A stretch of 19,221 nt of DNA, taken from contig JAYZAC010000134.1 of assembly GCA_036339875.1 (NCBI GenBank), forward strand, positions 1 through 19,221. Reading direction: 5' to 3'. This document shows, in pieces, positions 8,077 to 16,411 of the stretch. Below the pieces are notes generated by a model. It ran no database searches and was not told where the DNA came from. It saw nothing but the letters and a program-made list of their open reading frames with translations. This DNA is from a bacterium (lineage in GTDB: Bacteria; Muiribacteriota; UBA6191). The position numbers and the translations under genes were made by a program. The stretch's first letter is position 1. Every line of letters begins with the position of its first letter.

Positions 8077-9561
8077 TTAACTCGTCAATCTTGAAAGTAC
8101 AGTCTTAACTACACTTTGTACTTCAGGATCTAACCTACCTCTATTCGTATTTTGCATTAACTCCTCCAGGTACGCAGCCAGAATTTCTCGACTAGAAGCG
8201 TCTTTTATAAGAATTAGCATTTCTATTTCTTCAACAGGTGAAAGCTTTTCAGATAATTTTTTCTGAATGTAATTTTGTGCAAGAATTGGATCCATTTGCT
8301 GCATCATTATCAAAATTATAAAACTATTTTTATCCAGCGGAGTGACAGAATACTTGATCCATTGTTTTAAGTGTTTTTCAATTTCCAAACTAGGTAATAC
8401 CTTGAACCACTTAAGAAACTCTAATTCCTTACCTTTGATATCACTTTTTAAGCATGCCTCAAAAAAATTTAGGTAGAGTTTATTGTGATTTTTCAAGTTG
8501 AGTTTTTTAAGATCAGAACTAAGGAAAAAAGGATCTAACTCATAAAGTAAACAAAAACTAATAAGAATTATTACTTTATTTTTATTAGCGGAAGATGAAT
8601 TATGTAAAATTGATTTTATACGTTTCATGGGGATTTTACGTTGATCGAATTCTATTGATAGATTCAGCAATCTGGAAAAAAACTTTAAGTTATTTGACCA
8701 TGGAAAAACATCTGTAAGTAATTCAATTCTATCTCTCAAAATTTTCGGTGAGGAGCCTTTGGGTAGATCTACAAATATTTTCCATTCTTGTTCTATATAC
8801 TTGAATATAATCTCATCAAGAGCTGAGTCATTATCTTTTACATTCGTATTCTTAAGTATCTGGAAAGTTAATTGAGGTTCATTAGAGTCTAAACTTAGAC
8901 GGATTTTACTGTAACGCTTCGCGTCGAGTTTGGTATTTAATTTAGATAATAATTGCCTAGAGATTATGAAACAGATTACGGTAATAAGGATAATCACTAA
9001 AATGCGTAAAGAGGGTATTTTTGTTTTCTTGACCGTAGTCTTCAATTTATTTGGGATTAATTCACAAAGATAAAAATTGTCAGTTTCAACGATTACCTTT
9101 CCAAATCTGTGCGATTCTAAATGTAGCTTTTGAGAGCAATAGTTTCCTTTTTTTGCTTTTAGTAAAATGCTGACATCTTTTAGAGTAAGCATCTTTTCCT
9201 CGTTTAGTTTTCTAACTTTTTGCGTCCATATATATGCTGTATTTTCAAAATAAAAATGTGACTTTTGCTTTTTGAACTCTTTTAATAAGCTCCCCATTTG
9301 TGAAATATATTCTTCCGCATTTTTCAATTGATCAAAGCAGATTAAATTTCTAGAGGATTGTTGCTTAACTATCTCTCCCCCCAAACCTTGGGCTTTAGGT
9401 AGAAAGATTTCCATATTAGCAGATCGAGTTAATCGAGCAGCTTCTTCAGAACTATAGTCTTTGCCTTTTGAGCTAACTAATTTGAGTTCTTGAAAAATGT
9501 ATGTCCAGATGTGTTCCATGAGGTAAACTAACAAAATAGAAAGATCGACCTCAGAGGTCAA
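8077..9561 (-). CDS. Single-pass membrane protein with an N-terminal degenerate class III adenylate/guanylate cyclase-like domain; true start possibly ATG at 9519
   Basis: 494 aa ORF. IFQELKLVS...SSEEAARL...FLPKAQGLGGEIVKQQSSRNLICF...AKKGNYCS follows the cyclase pattern. A TM segment LRILVIILITVICFII lies at aa 185-200, followed by a Leu/Lys-rich, probably helical C-terminus. Confidence 0.6.
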   Translation of the reverse strand: MTSEVDLSILLVYLMEHIWTYIFQELKLVSSKGKDYSSEEAARLTRSANMEIFLPKAQGLGGEIVKQQSSRNLICFDQLKNAEEYISQMGSLLKEFKKQKSHFYFENTAYIWTQKVRKLNEEKMLTLKDVSILLKAKKGNYCSQKLHLESHRFGKVIVETDNFYLCELIPNKLKTTVKKTKIPSLRILVIILITVICFIISRQLLSKLNTKLDAKRYSKIRLSLDSNEPQLTFQILKNTNVKDNDSALDEIIFKYIEQEWKIFVDLPKGSSPKILRDRIELLTDVFPWSNNLKFFSRLLNLSIEFDQRKIPMKRIKSILHNSSSANKNKVIILISFCLLYELDPFFLSSDLKKLNLKNHNKLYLNFFEACLKSDIKGKELEFLKWFKVLPSLEIEKHLKQWIKYSVTPLDKNSFIILIMMQQMDPILAQNYIQKKLSEKLSPVEEIEMLILIKDASSREILAAYLEELMQNTNRGRLDPEVQSVVKTVLSRLTS

Positions 9562-9567
9562 GATTTC

Positions 9568-10671
9568 ATGCGCTTACCGGATGTAGTTTACATAGATGAC
9601 AATGAATTTAATCGGCTGATGATTCAGAAAAATGTGAGCGATCATTTCAATATGCATGTATTGTCTTCCGCCAAAGAGCTTTATTCTTTACTGGAAAATT
9701 ATGTACCCAGAGTTCTTCTTTTAGATTTAATAATGCCTGATGAATCAGGATTTGATGTATTGAAGAATTTAAGATCGCAAGCTCGCTACAATAGATTAGT
9801 TATAATAATGCTAACCGCTCGCTCCAGTAAGAGGGATATGGTTAGATGTTTTGAAGCTGGTGCTAATGATTATATTCTTAAGCCGCCTCATTATCCTGAA
9901 TTGATTGCGAGAATTCACAATCTGCTTCGCCAACGAAGAACTGAAGAACATATGCGCCTCCAGAATCAAGTCCAAACTTATGAAACTTTACTCAGTGGTA
10001 TGACTCATGAGTTTAATAATATTTTTTCAGCATTTAAGTTGAGTTTGCAAATGTATGAAATGAAAGGTCCCGAATCTTTCGACTCTAGAATTAAAGAACT
10101 TAAAAAATTTATGGATCGTGGTATAGGTTTAGTCAAACAATTAAGAGCTGTGGGTTATTCAAGAGAGAAGAATCTAGAACTAATTGATTTAAATTCAGTT
10201 CTGCTAAAGGCTGTTGATGATTTTAGAGAGAATAGCGATCTTAATCAAATAGAGGTGAATATACTTATCGATGAGAATCAGACTTATTCCATTTTAGGTA
10301 ATGAGTTTCAGATTGATCAGGTAGCCCAAAATCTACTGAGTAATTCACGGCATGCTATTTTTTCTCGTGGAGGTTTTGGTCGTATAACAGTTAGCTTGAA
10401 ATTCAATATTGAAAACAGCGCGATAAAGTTGACGGTTGAAGATGACGGGGTAGGTATTCCCCCAGAAAAATTACAAGAGCTTGGAAACTTGTTCTATACA
10501 ACTAAAGGCTCATTAGGTGGACAGGTTTTAGATTCGAAATACACTGGTACGGGAATGGGTTTGACTACTTGCCGACGTATTCTATTATCTCATGAGGCTG
10601 AAATGGATATTCGTTCGGAACACGGTAAAGGAACTTTAGTAACTATCACTTTTCCTTTCACTGAAGCCTAA
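9568..10671 (+). CDS. Hybrid response regulator receiver / histidine kinase (REC-HisKA-HATPase), cytoplasmic
   Basis: 367 aa. REC: YIDDN, LLDLIMP, MLTA, GANDYILKP. Kinase: H-box THEFNN, N-box NLLSNS, G1 DDGVGI, F FYTTK, G2 GTGMGL. No TM segment. Confidence 0.93.
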   Translation: MRLPDVVYIDDNEFNRLMIQKNVSDHFNMHVLSSAKELYSLLENYVPRVLLLDLIMPDESGFDVLKNLRSQARYNRLVIIMLTARSSKRDMVRCFEAGANDYILKPPHYPELIARIHNLLRQRRTEEHMRLQNQVQTYETLLSGMTHEFNNIFSAFKLSLQMYEMKGPESFDSRIKELKKFMDRGIGLVKQLRAVGYSREKNLELIDLNSVLLKAVDDFRENSDLNQIEVNILIDENQTYSILGNEFQIDQVAQNLLSNSRHAIFSRGGFGRITVSLKFNIENSAIKLTVEDDGVGIPPEKLQELGNLFYTTKGSLGGQVLDSKYTGTGMGLTTCRRILLSHEAEMDIRSEHGKGTLVTITFPFTEA

Positions 10672-10680
10672 TATAAGCTA

Positions 10681-11451
10681 TTACACTTTAGCAAGAACAG
10701 AATTCTTTAGGCTTTGATGAGTTATTAGAAAAGCATGATCGATTGAAGTTTGTGATGGATCTAATGGCATTTCAAATTGTTGGCCATCTTTTCTTAACAT
10801 TACAAAGCCCCTACTTTGCAGCATTGGCCATAAAGCAGCCAAGTCCCATATAGATGCCTTATTTATTAAGACAGCTTGGCATAGTCCTTGTAATAAACTA
10901 CAGCCATGGAAGCAGATAGAGCCTAAGGCTCTCACTTTAATATCCTCCGGAACATTAAAATACTTTGCGTAATGAGAGGAAGCCATCATATTACTGTGAA
11001 ATTTTTCAACAGAAGGAAGCGGTAATTGATCGAGTAAAGGATTACCTTTCCAAAATTCGAACTTTTGATCGGTACCCGGTAGATTTATGGCAGCATAATG
11101 ACATTTTTTACCATGGTAAAGGGCTATCGAATTTGCGTAGGTTGGTAACTTAGAGTAATAAACTTCGGTTCCATCAATTGGATCAATAATCCATAATCCA
11201 GACTTGCAATTATTCCAATGTAGAGATGGACTACGAGACCCCCGCTCTTCGCCTAAAACGCTATGATCAGGATAATACTTCGAAATCTCAGAAGCTAAAA
11301 AGTCTTCAACTTCTTCGTCAACCTGAGTTACCAAACTACCATCCCGTTTATATCGGGCAGTTGCATCGCCATATGACTTAATGCTTATCTCTTGAATATG
11401 CGAAGCCCAAGAACGAAAACGGTTTAAGTCTAAGTTATCATAATTTGACAT
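10681..11451 (-). CDS. Inositol monophosphatase family protein (SuhB/CysQ/HisN superfamily)
   Basis: 256 aa. KRDGSLVTQVD, VLGEE, WIIDPIDGT, RALGS and WDLAA are present. The start overlaps the upstream stop (TAATG at 11449-11453). Confidence 0.9.
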   Translation of the reverse strand: MSNYDNLDLNRFRSWASHIQEISIKSYGDATARYKRDGSLVTQVDEEVEDFLASEISKYYPDHSVLGEERGSRSPSLHWNNCKSGLWIIDPIDGTEVYYSKLPTYANSIALYHGKKCHYAAINLPGTDQKFEFWKGNPLLDQLPLPSVEKFHSNMMASSHYAKYFNVPEDIKVRALGSICFHGCSLLQGLCQAVLINKASIWDLAALWPMLQSRGFVMLRKDGQQFEMPLDPSQTSIDHAFLITHQSLKNSVLAKV

Positions 11452-12095
11452 TAGCTATCGATCTTAATTCGAGTAACCATGATGTCTTTATTTTTCTTAT
11501 GGTTATAAAAGATCATATTCTCTGCAAATGCTAGACCTGGTATCTCCGCATCAATTTTCTCCTCACCTATGATTTTACCTTGTTGAGTATCGAAAATGGC
11601 TATACCGGCGGTCTTTTTCCTGCCTACTTTTGCCAGAGCAAGAACTAGATTTCTACCATCAAAAGTCAAAGCATTAGCAGGTATGTCGAGATCATAGGTT
11701 TCAACAACTTCACCACTAGAAGGATGAAATTTAATTAACTGGCTATCTTTGATGCTACTAGCCCAAAAGTAAGAATTATCGAAAACAATTCCGGCATCAA
11801 TATTGTCTGGGCACTCTAGCGTTCTAAGAGTTTTACCATTCATAACATTGATCTGGATTAATTCAGTACTAGTTTCGGTTTGTGGATCGAAGTTTACTAC
11901 CACAAGGCTGTCATTTACAAAAGTCATACAGCGCGGAATACCTCCAGGTAGAAATTTAATCTGTTTTAGAACACTCTGGTGTGCTATAGAAACCTTTTTT
12001 AGCATTCTTTCTTCAATATCTGATACCCACAGGTCGCCACCATCAAAAGTCATTCCATCAAGGCTAGTGGTATCAACGTTCATCATTTTCTGCAT
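11451..12095 (-). CDS. Small beta-propeller repeat protein (glutaminyl-cyclase/YncE-like fold), function unknown
   Basis: 214 aa with five repeats of about 41-45 aa (DGMTFDGGDLWVSD, RCMTFVNDSLVVV, AGIVFDNSYFWAS, NALTFDGRNLVLA, PGLAFAENMIFYN). Strong RBS GAGGAG upstream and no signal peptide. Confidence 0.7.
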   Translation of the reverse strand: MQKMMNVDTTSLDGMTFDGGDLWVSDIEERMLKKVSIAHQSVLKQIKFLPGGIPRCMTFVNDSLVVVNFDPQTETSTELIQINVMNGKTLRTLECPDNIDAGIVFDNSYFWASSIKDSQLIKFHPSSGEVVETYDLDIPANALTFDGRNLVLALAKVGRKKTAGIAIFDTQQGKIIGEEKIDAEIPGLAFAENMIFYNHKKNKDIMVTRIKIDS

Positions 12096-12262
12096 ACGGT
12101 TTCTCCTCGAGATACTTTGTGAGTCCCATTTGTCGGATCACGCAGTAATTTGATTCTATAGTTGGGGAAAAATAAGACCTTTGTCGAAGCGGTTTTCGGA
12201 AAGGAATTGGGTAGAATATAGCATATGGAATTAAAAGCTCCAAGCATATAGTCGTTATAAGC

Positions 12263-12291
12263 TTGAAATTTTACAATAAGCTGCCTAAAAT
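12263..12291 (+). promoter_or_regulatory. Candidate sigma70-type promoter for ygfZ
   Basis: TTGAAA (12263-12268), a 17 bp spacer, then TAAAAT (12286-12291). Each box matches consensus at 5/6. A GGAGA RBS at 12301-12305 precedes ATG 12310. Confidence 0.6.
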
Positions 12292-12309
12292 CGCGCACCT
12301 GGAGATGTC

Positions 12310-13278
12310 ATGATTAAAATTAAAGATTATTTTGGTTTGGAATTAGAATTCGGGGAAGATAGTTTGTTTGATAAAGAAGTATCCCCTACAGAGCTCGGAG
12401 GTTGCTGCGATGGGAGATTTTTTGCAGTAGTTCGCTGTTCAGGTGCAGACGTTAAAACTTACTTAAATGGACAAACATCGAATCAAATTAATACTCTAGA
12501 AACAGGTCATGGGCATGCTTCCAGTTTCAATACTCCTAAAGGTAAAACTATTGCTTTGATGGATATATTTCGTTTCGAAAATGATTATTTTCTAATCTTC
12601 GCTGCCAACGCCCATAAGCTTGTGTATGAGACACTGGATATGTACTTATTTGCAGAAAATGTGTCTTTAGATCTTCAAGACTCCAAGAATAGTTTATTGT
12701 TTCTAGGTGCTGAACAATGCAATGCAATGGCTAATCATCTTGACTTAGAGTCTTCCTTAGAATTTACAGTGGAGTATATTGAAGGTGGATTTGCATTCAG
12801 GGGTTACTTTGGAAAAATACCTTATCTATTAGTTTTGGGGCCCTTAGCTAAGTCTAATTGGGATAAAAAAGATTCATTGATGAGTGTAGATGATCTCGAA
12901 TTACTACGAATAAAAAATTTGTATCCATTGCCAGAAGTTGAATATCAAGCAGATAAAATTTTGACACCTGAACTGGACCAAGCTCATAGAATTAATTATC
13001 AAAAAGGATGTTTTGTGGGGCAAGAGGTTTTTGCTCGCTTAAGAACTTATGGTCGTACCAATAAAACGTTGGCTTCTATTTGTCTTCAAAATTGTTCTGA
13101 TTCTGTAGAAAGTCTTGTTGATCAAGAGGTTTCGATTGATGAAAAGTCGAAAGGCAACGTTATAACCTGCGTTAAGTACGGCGATGAAATATATTTGACT
13201 GCTTATGTACCAACTGCTCTTAAAAATTTAGGAGATGAAGTTCGAGTGGGCGAATTAAAAGGCACTATAATAGCCTAG
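12310..13278 (+). CDS. ygfZ: Folate-binding Fe-S cluster maintenance protein YgfZ/Iba57 family
   Basis: 322 aa. The signature KGCFVGQE (canonical KGCY.GQE) is present, with N-terminal GADVKTYLNGQTSN and NTPKGK typical of the GcvT/YgfZ fold. Confidence 0.9.
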   Translation: MIKIKDYFGLELEFGEDSLFDKEVSPTELGGCCDGRFFAVVRCSGADVKTYLNGQTSNQINTLETGHGHASSFNTPKGKTIALMDIFRFENDYFLIFAANAHKLVYETLDMYLFAENVSLDLQDSKNSLLFLGAEQCNAMANHLDLESSLEFTVEYIEGGFAFRGYFGKIPYLLVLGPLAKSNWDKKDSLMSVDDLELLRIKNLYPLPEVEYQADKILTPELDQAHRINYQKGCFVGQEVFARLRTYGRTNKTLASICLQNCSDSVESLVDQEVSIDEKSKGNVITCVKYGDEIYLTAYVPTALKNLGDEVRVGELKGTIIA

Positions 13279-13289
13279 ATTTAGACTGC

Positions 13290-14588
13290 TTACGAGACCT
13301 CTTCCTTTATACAGGTCATAGTATTATGATAATAATCAATCACTTTACTAATATAAGCTCGTTTTTGCATATAACTTCCAGGGAAAAATGAAGCTTTGAA
13401 GCCCCCTACACAAAGATTTCTCAGGGCATTTTCATCAATATTAAAAAGTTTAACTGCTCTTTCGTACTCATCCGTAACACTTACTCTTGAGATCGCACGA
13501 TTATCAGTGGAGAGGGCGATACGAATTCTTTGATCTAAAAATTTTTGGAATGGATGTTTACTAAGATCGCGGTACATCGGCAGTGTTTGGGAGTTTGATT
13601 TCAGGCAAACTTCCAAAGCAATTCGATTTTCAGCGATCCATTCGACAATATCTTGAACGTAATCATGACTTTCCTCATTACTTAGTTTATCACCCTGGGG
13701 ATTTCGTTTACTAAGTATATTGCGGGTAGAGAATAATTGGGTTCCATGACCAATACGACGAGCATTACAATCTTTTACCGCAGATTTTATTGATTCTGGT
13801 CCATAAGCTTCGCCAGCATGACATGTGGTTCCGATACCACGATCATAGCAAAATTTGTAGGCTTTTACGTGAGTTTCTGCAGGAAAACCATCCTCTCGAC
13901 CAGCTAGGTCGAATCCCACCACACTAAGTCCTTCTTCTCTAGCCATGTGAGTTAATTTTGCAACCTCGAGTGAAGCCATTGCTGAAAGATTTTGCAGATC
14001 CATACCAACATGCAACTCATACAAAGAGCGATAGTAATCTCCCATGTGCTCATTGATCATCCGCATTGCACAAAGAATCATTCCGAACTTGTATGGAGGC
14101 TCCTTTCCATCCAAGATTGGAGATTGCTTGTTGAACTCGTCCGCGGCTTGCTTGCAACCATCTTCTACAGCACGAATAATATCTAGCCATTCAAATCCTG
14201 AAACCCAATGTTTTTGAGGTGCAAATCTTACTTCAAAGTAACGAACTCCTTCTCGATAGTTATCACTAGCTAATTTGTATGCTGCTTTCTTAAGTCCTTC
14301 ATAACATCTCAATACTTCATTGATGAATTCAAAGGGAACTAAATATTCTCCCAAAGAGTTATACGTATCCTTAAATATTTGACGCTCAAGTTCTTCTACT
14401 GAACCCGTTTCCAATTGGCCAATTCCAAGATTCCTTGATACTTCAACTAAATTAATCTTTTGTTCTTCTGCAAGTTGAACTACAAGCTGTGGCGGTACTG
14501 ATCCGTCTAAATGAACGTGGAGATCTGTTTTCGGTAACTTTTTAAATTGCTTACGAGAAATATCTTTAGGATCAATTTTCTTTGTCAT
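13290..14588 (-). CDS. add: Adenosine deaminase family metallohydrolase
   Basis: 432 aa. LPKTDLHVHLDGS, YFEVRFAP, VVGFDLAG, HAGE, RIGHG, LEVC..SN and STDN are present, so all Zn and catalytic motifs are intact. Confidence 0.92.
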   Translation of the reverse strand: MTKKIDPKDISRKQFKKLPKTDLHVHLDGSVPPQLVVQLAEEQKINLVEVSRNLGIGQLETGSVEELERQIFKDTYNSLGEYLVPFEFINEVLRCYEGLKKAAYKLASDNYREGVRYFEVRFAPQKHWVSGFEWLDIIRAVEDGCKQAADEFNKQSPILDGKEPPYKFGMILCAMRMINEHMGDYYRSLYELHVGMDLQNLSAMASLEVAKLTHMAREEGLSVVGFDLAGREDGFPAETHVKAYKFCYDRGIGTTCHAGEAYGPESIKSAVKDCNARRIGHGTQLFSTRNILSKRNPQGDKLSNEESHDYVQDIVEWIAENRIALEVCLKSNSQTLPMYRDLSKHPFQKFLDQRIRIALSTDNRAISRVSVTDEYERAVKLFNIDENALRNLCVGGFKASFFPGSYMQKRAYISKVIDYYHNTMTCIKEEVS

Positions 14589-14668
14589 ATTTACTACTTT
14601 CTTTGTTTTGCAATATCCACGTCACCCTTAAGTTTAGCAGAAATTTGACATGAATCCTATTTAGCGAA

Positions 14669-15460
14669 CTAGTTGGATGATGGACGCTTACGTAATTTAT
14701 GTATACGTAAATCCACTAATGGAATCCAAAAGGTAAGAAGAACAAAAAATGTCAGCAACGGTATTAGACCGAAAATTAGAGTATATGGAACAAGTGCCAT
14801 GACGTAAGCCTTCATGTAATGGTTTCCAAGAAAAAGCATAATCATGAGTATAAGGGTTCCAACCGAGCGATTCTGATCCCATTTCAATCTGGTCCGTAAT
14901 GGTAGATGCTGGAGAATTAGAAAGTAACCTGGCAGTGGCGCTAATGGTAAAAAACTGTAAATACCAATCATCAGATTCATTGTGATTATAGCTAGCAATA
15001 TCTGCTTTAAGTTACTGTAGATGTAGGCCGGTATTTCTGAGCCGTAAAGTTGCATAGTTAGTATAAGAATGAAGGCGGCCAGTGCTGCCCATAGATTAAA
15101 TAGACTACCAGAAATATAAATTCTCCATTCTGATCGCTCAGAATTTTTAAAGAAACGCGTATCATAGTCAGTCTGAGCAGGCCATCCAAATTGGAAGAAA
15201 AAGCAAGCGAGTGAACCCAAGGGATCGAGATAATCCACTGGGTTACCACTGAGGTTTTGCTGCCGATGGTGATCCCCTTGATTTACAGCTTGAATCGCCA
15301 TTACCAGACCTCTCCATCCTGTTGCGATCAGAATAGCTGGTATTAAAAAAATCATACTAGCAAAGGTATTGGCGACTCCTTGAGAAACTTCAAGATTAGT
15401 CATCGCAAAAACAGGAATTACTGTCAGGCTGAAGATAGTTAGTAAAAATATTATTTGCAT
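14669..15460 (-). CDS. Site-2 protease (peptidase M50)-like membrane protein lacking the zinc-binding motifs
   Basis: 263 aa, multi-TM. QGD...LSGNPVDYLDPLG...FGWP...FKN...ISGSLFNL...NLMIGIYSFLPLAPLPG matches the M50 (YwhC-like) scaffold. The HExxH position reads RGLVM and the NLLPxxPLDG position reads SFLPLAPLPG. Confidence 0.8.
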   Translation of the reverse strand: MQIIFLLTIFSLTVIPVFAMTNLEVSQGVANTFASMIFLIPAILIATGWRGLVMAIQAVNQGDHHRQQNLSGNPVDYLDPLGSLACFFFQFGWPAQTDYDTRFFKNSERSEWRIYISGSLFNLWAALAAFILILTMQLYGSEIPAYIYSNLKQILLAIITMNLMIGIYSFLPLAPLPGYFLILQHLPLRTRLKWDQNRSVGTLILMIMLFLGNHYMKAYVMALVPYTLIFGLIPLLTFFVLLTFWIPLVDLRIHKLRKRPSSN

Positions 15461-15463
15461 ATA

Positions 15464-16411
15464 TCAGGACTGAAATTTTCGTATAAAAAAGTTAATCATA
15501 GGTCTATCGTAGAGCTCAAAGCTTTCCTCATCTTCATCAAGTCGTTTGTAGGCCGCATCAAGATCTAAGTTTCTCTCGATTGCTAGTTGGAGATAAACTT
15601 CTCTCGCTAGTTCTCTAAAATCGTTTACTTCATTATCTGAAGGCGTACTTTCCCAGACAGATTTACGAACGTAATGTGATGTTCGCTCTATAATTTTTTG
15701 CGTAATTTCCATCCAGCGATAGGTTCTTGAATGATCGAGCACTTCTCCATGCAGACTCACACCTGCTTCGAAAGGAAGACTCTTCAAAAATAAAATTGAT
15801 TTATAAACAAGATCCGGATTGAAATGGTTACTGATCGGAGTCACAAATGTGCAGTACTCATAACTCTCCCCCTGTGGTTGTAGCAATGTGCCGAAGAAAA
15901 GAATTTTATGTCTCATTTCCATGATTATCATGTGATCTCCCCTCCGGGAGTGGCCTGGTGCTTTAGCGAGAAAATAGCTGCGGCCATCTAACTTGATAAA
16001 TTCCTCATCTTGAATGAGACCGTAAAATGTACCGCTCATAGCAAGATTTATATTCTTCTGGTGGCAAACTAACTGAAAGTTAAAACGTTCAGGGTGACAA
16101 TTTTTTAGGTATATATAATGCTCCAGAAAATACTGAGTTTCGGCTTGTTTGTGACTCAAAAAAATGCATGTGAGAGGCTTGTTAAGCTTATTCACATAGT
16201 ACCAAATTGCCTCAAGAGATTCCCTAATTTGGACTCCGACATCGACTAAGTGAACACTATTATCGTTTACTAACAGTGAACACCCACCTCTCAGTGATAT
16301 TAGATCCTCATATGGATTTTTTTCTTCATTATCAAGGACTTGATCGCCTAGATGCTGCCAAGGATTAAGAGCTAGCCGCTCTATCCATTCTTTGTCTTCT
16401 TTATCTAACAT
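15464..16411 (-). CDS. Metallo-beta-lactamase-fold protein with a degenerate metal-binding motif
   Basis: 315 aa. HLVDVG (motif I), IFLSHKQAET (motif II, normally THxHxDH), APGHS (III), ILFFGTLL (IV, normally GD) and SLHG (V). The start overlaps the uvrA stop (ATGTTAG). Confidence 0.75.
   Translation of the reverse strand: MLDKEDKEWIERLALNPWQHLGDQVLDNEEKNPYEDLISLRGGCSLLVNDNSVHLVDVGVQIRESLEAIWYYVNKLNKPLTCIFLSHKQAETQYFLEHYIYLKNCHPERFNFQLVCHQKNINLAMSGTFYGLIQDEEFIKLDGRSYFLAKAPGHSRRGDHMIIMEMRHKILFFGTLLQPQGESYEYCTFVTPISNHFNPDLVYKSILFLKSLPFEAGVSLHGEVLDHSRTYRWMEITQKIIERTSHYVRKSVWESTPSDNEVNDFRELAREVYLQLAIERNLDLDAAYKRLDEDEESFELYDRPMINFFIRKFQS

Noticed and set aside
12083..12298. 71 aa minus-strand ORF spanning the ygfZ intergenic region
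   Set aside because: It has a non-ATG start, no clear RBS and no motifs, and it covers the ygfZ promoter candidate and the propeller gene RBS. The region is more likely regulatory DNA, though a small protein is not strictly excluded.
14669..16411. Calling the M50-like and MBL-like genes pseudogenes
   Set aside because: Both are full-length with no internal stops or frameshifts and with tight translational coupling. Only motif residues are changed.
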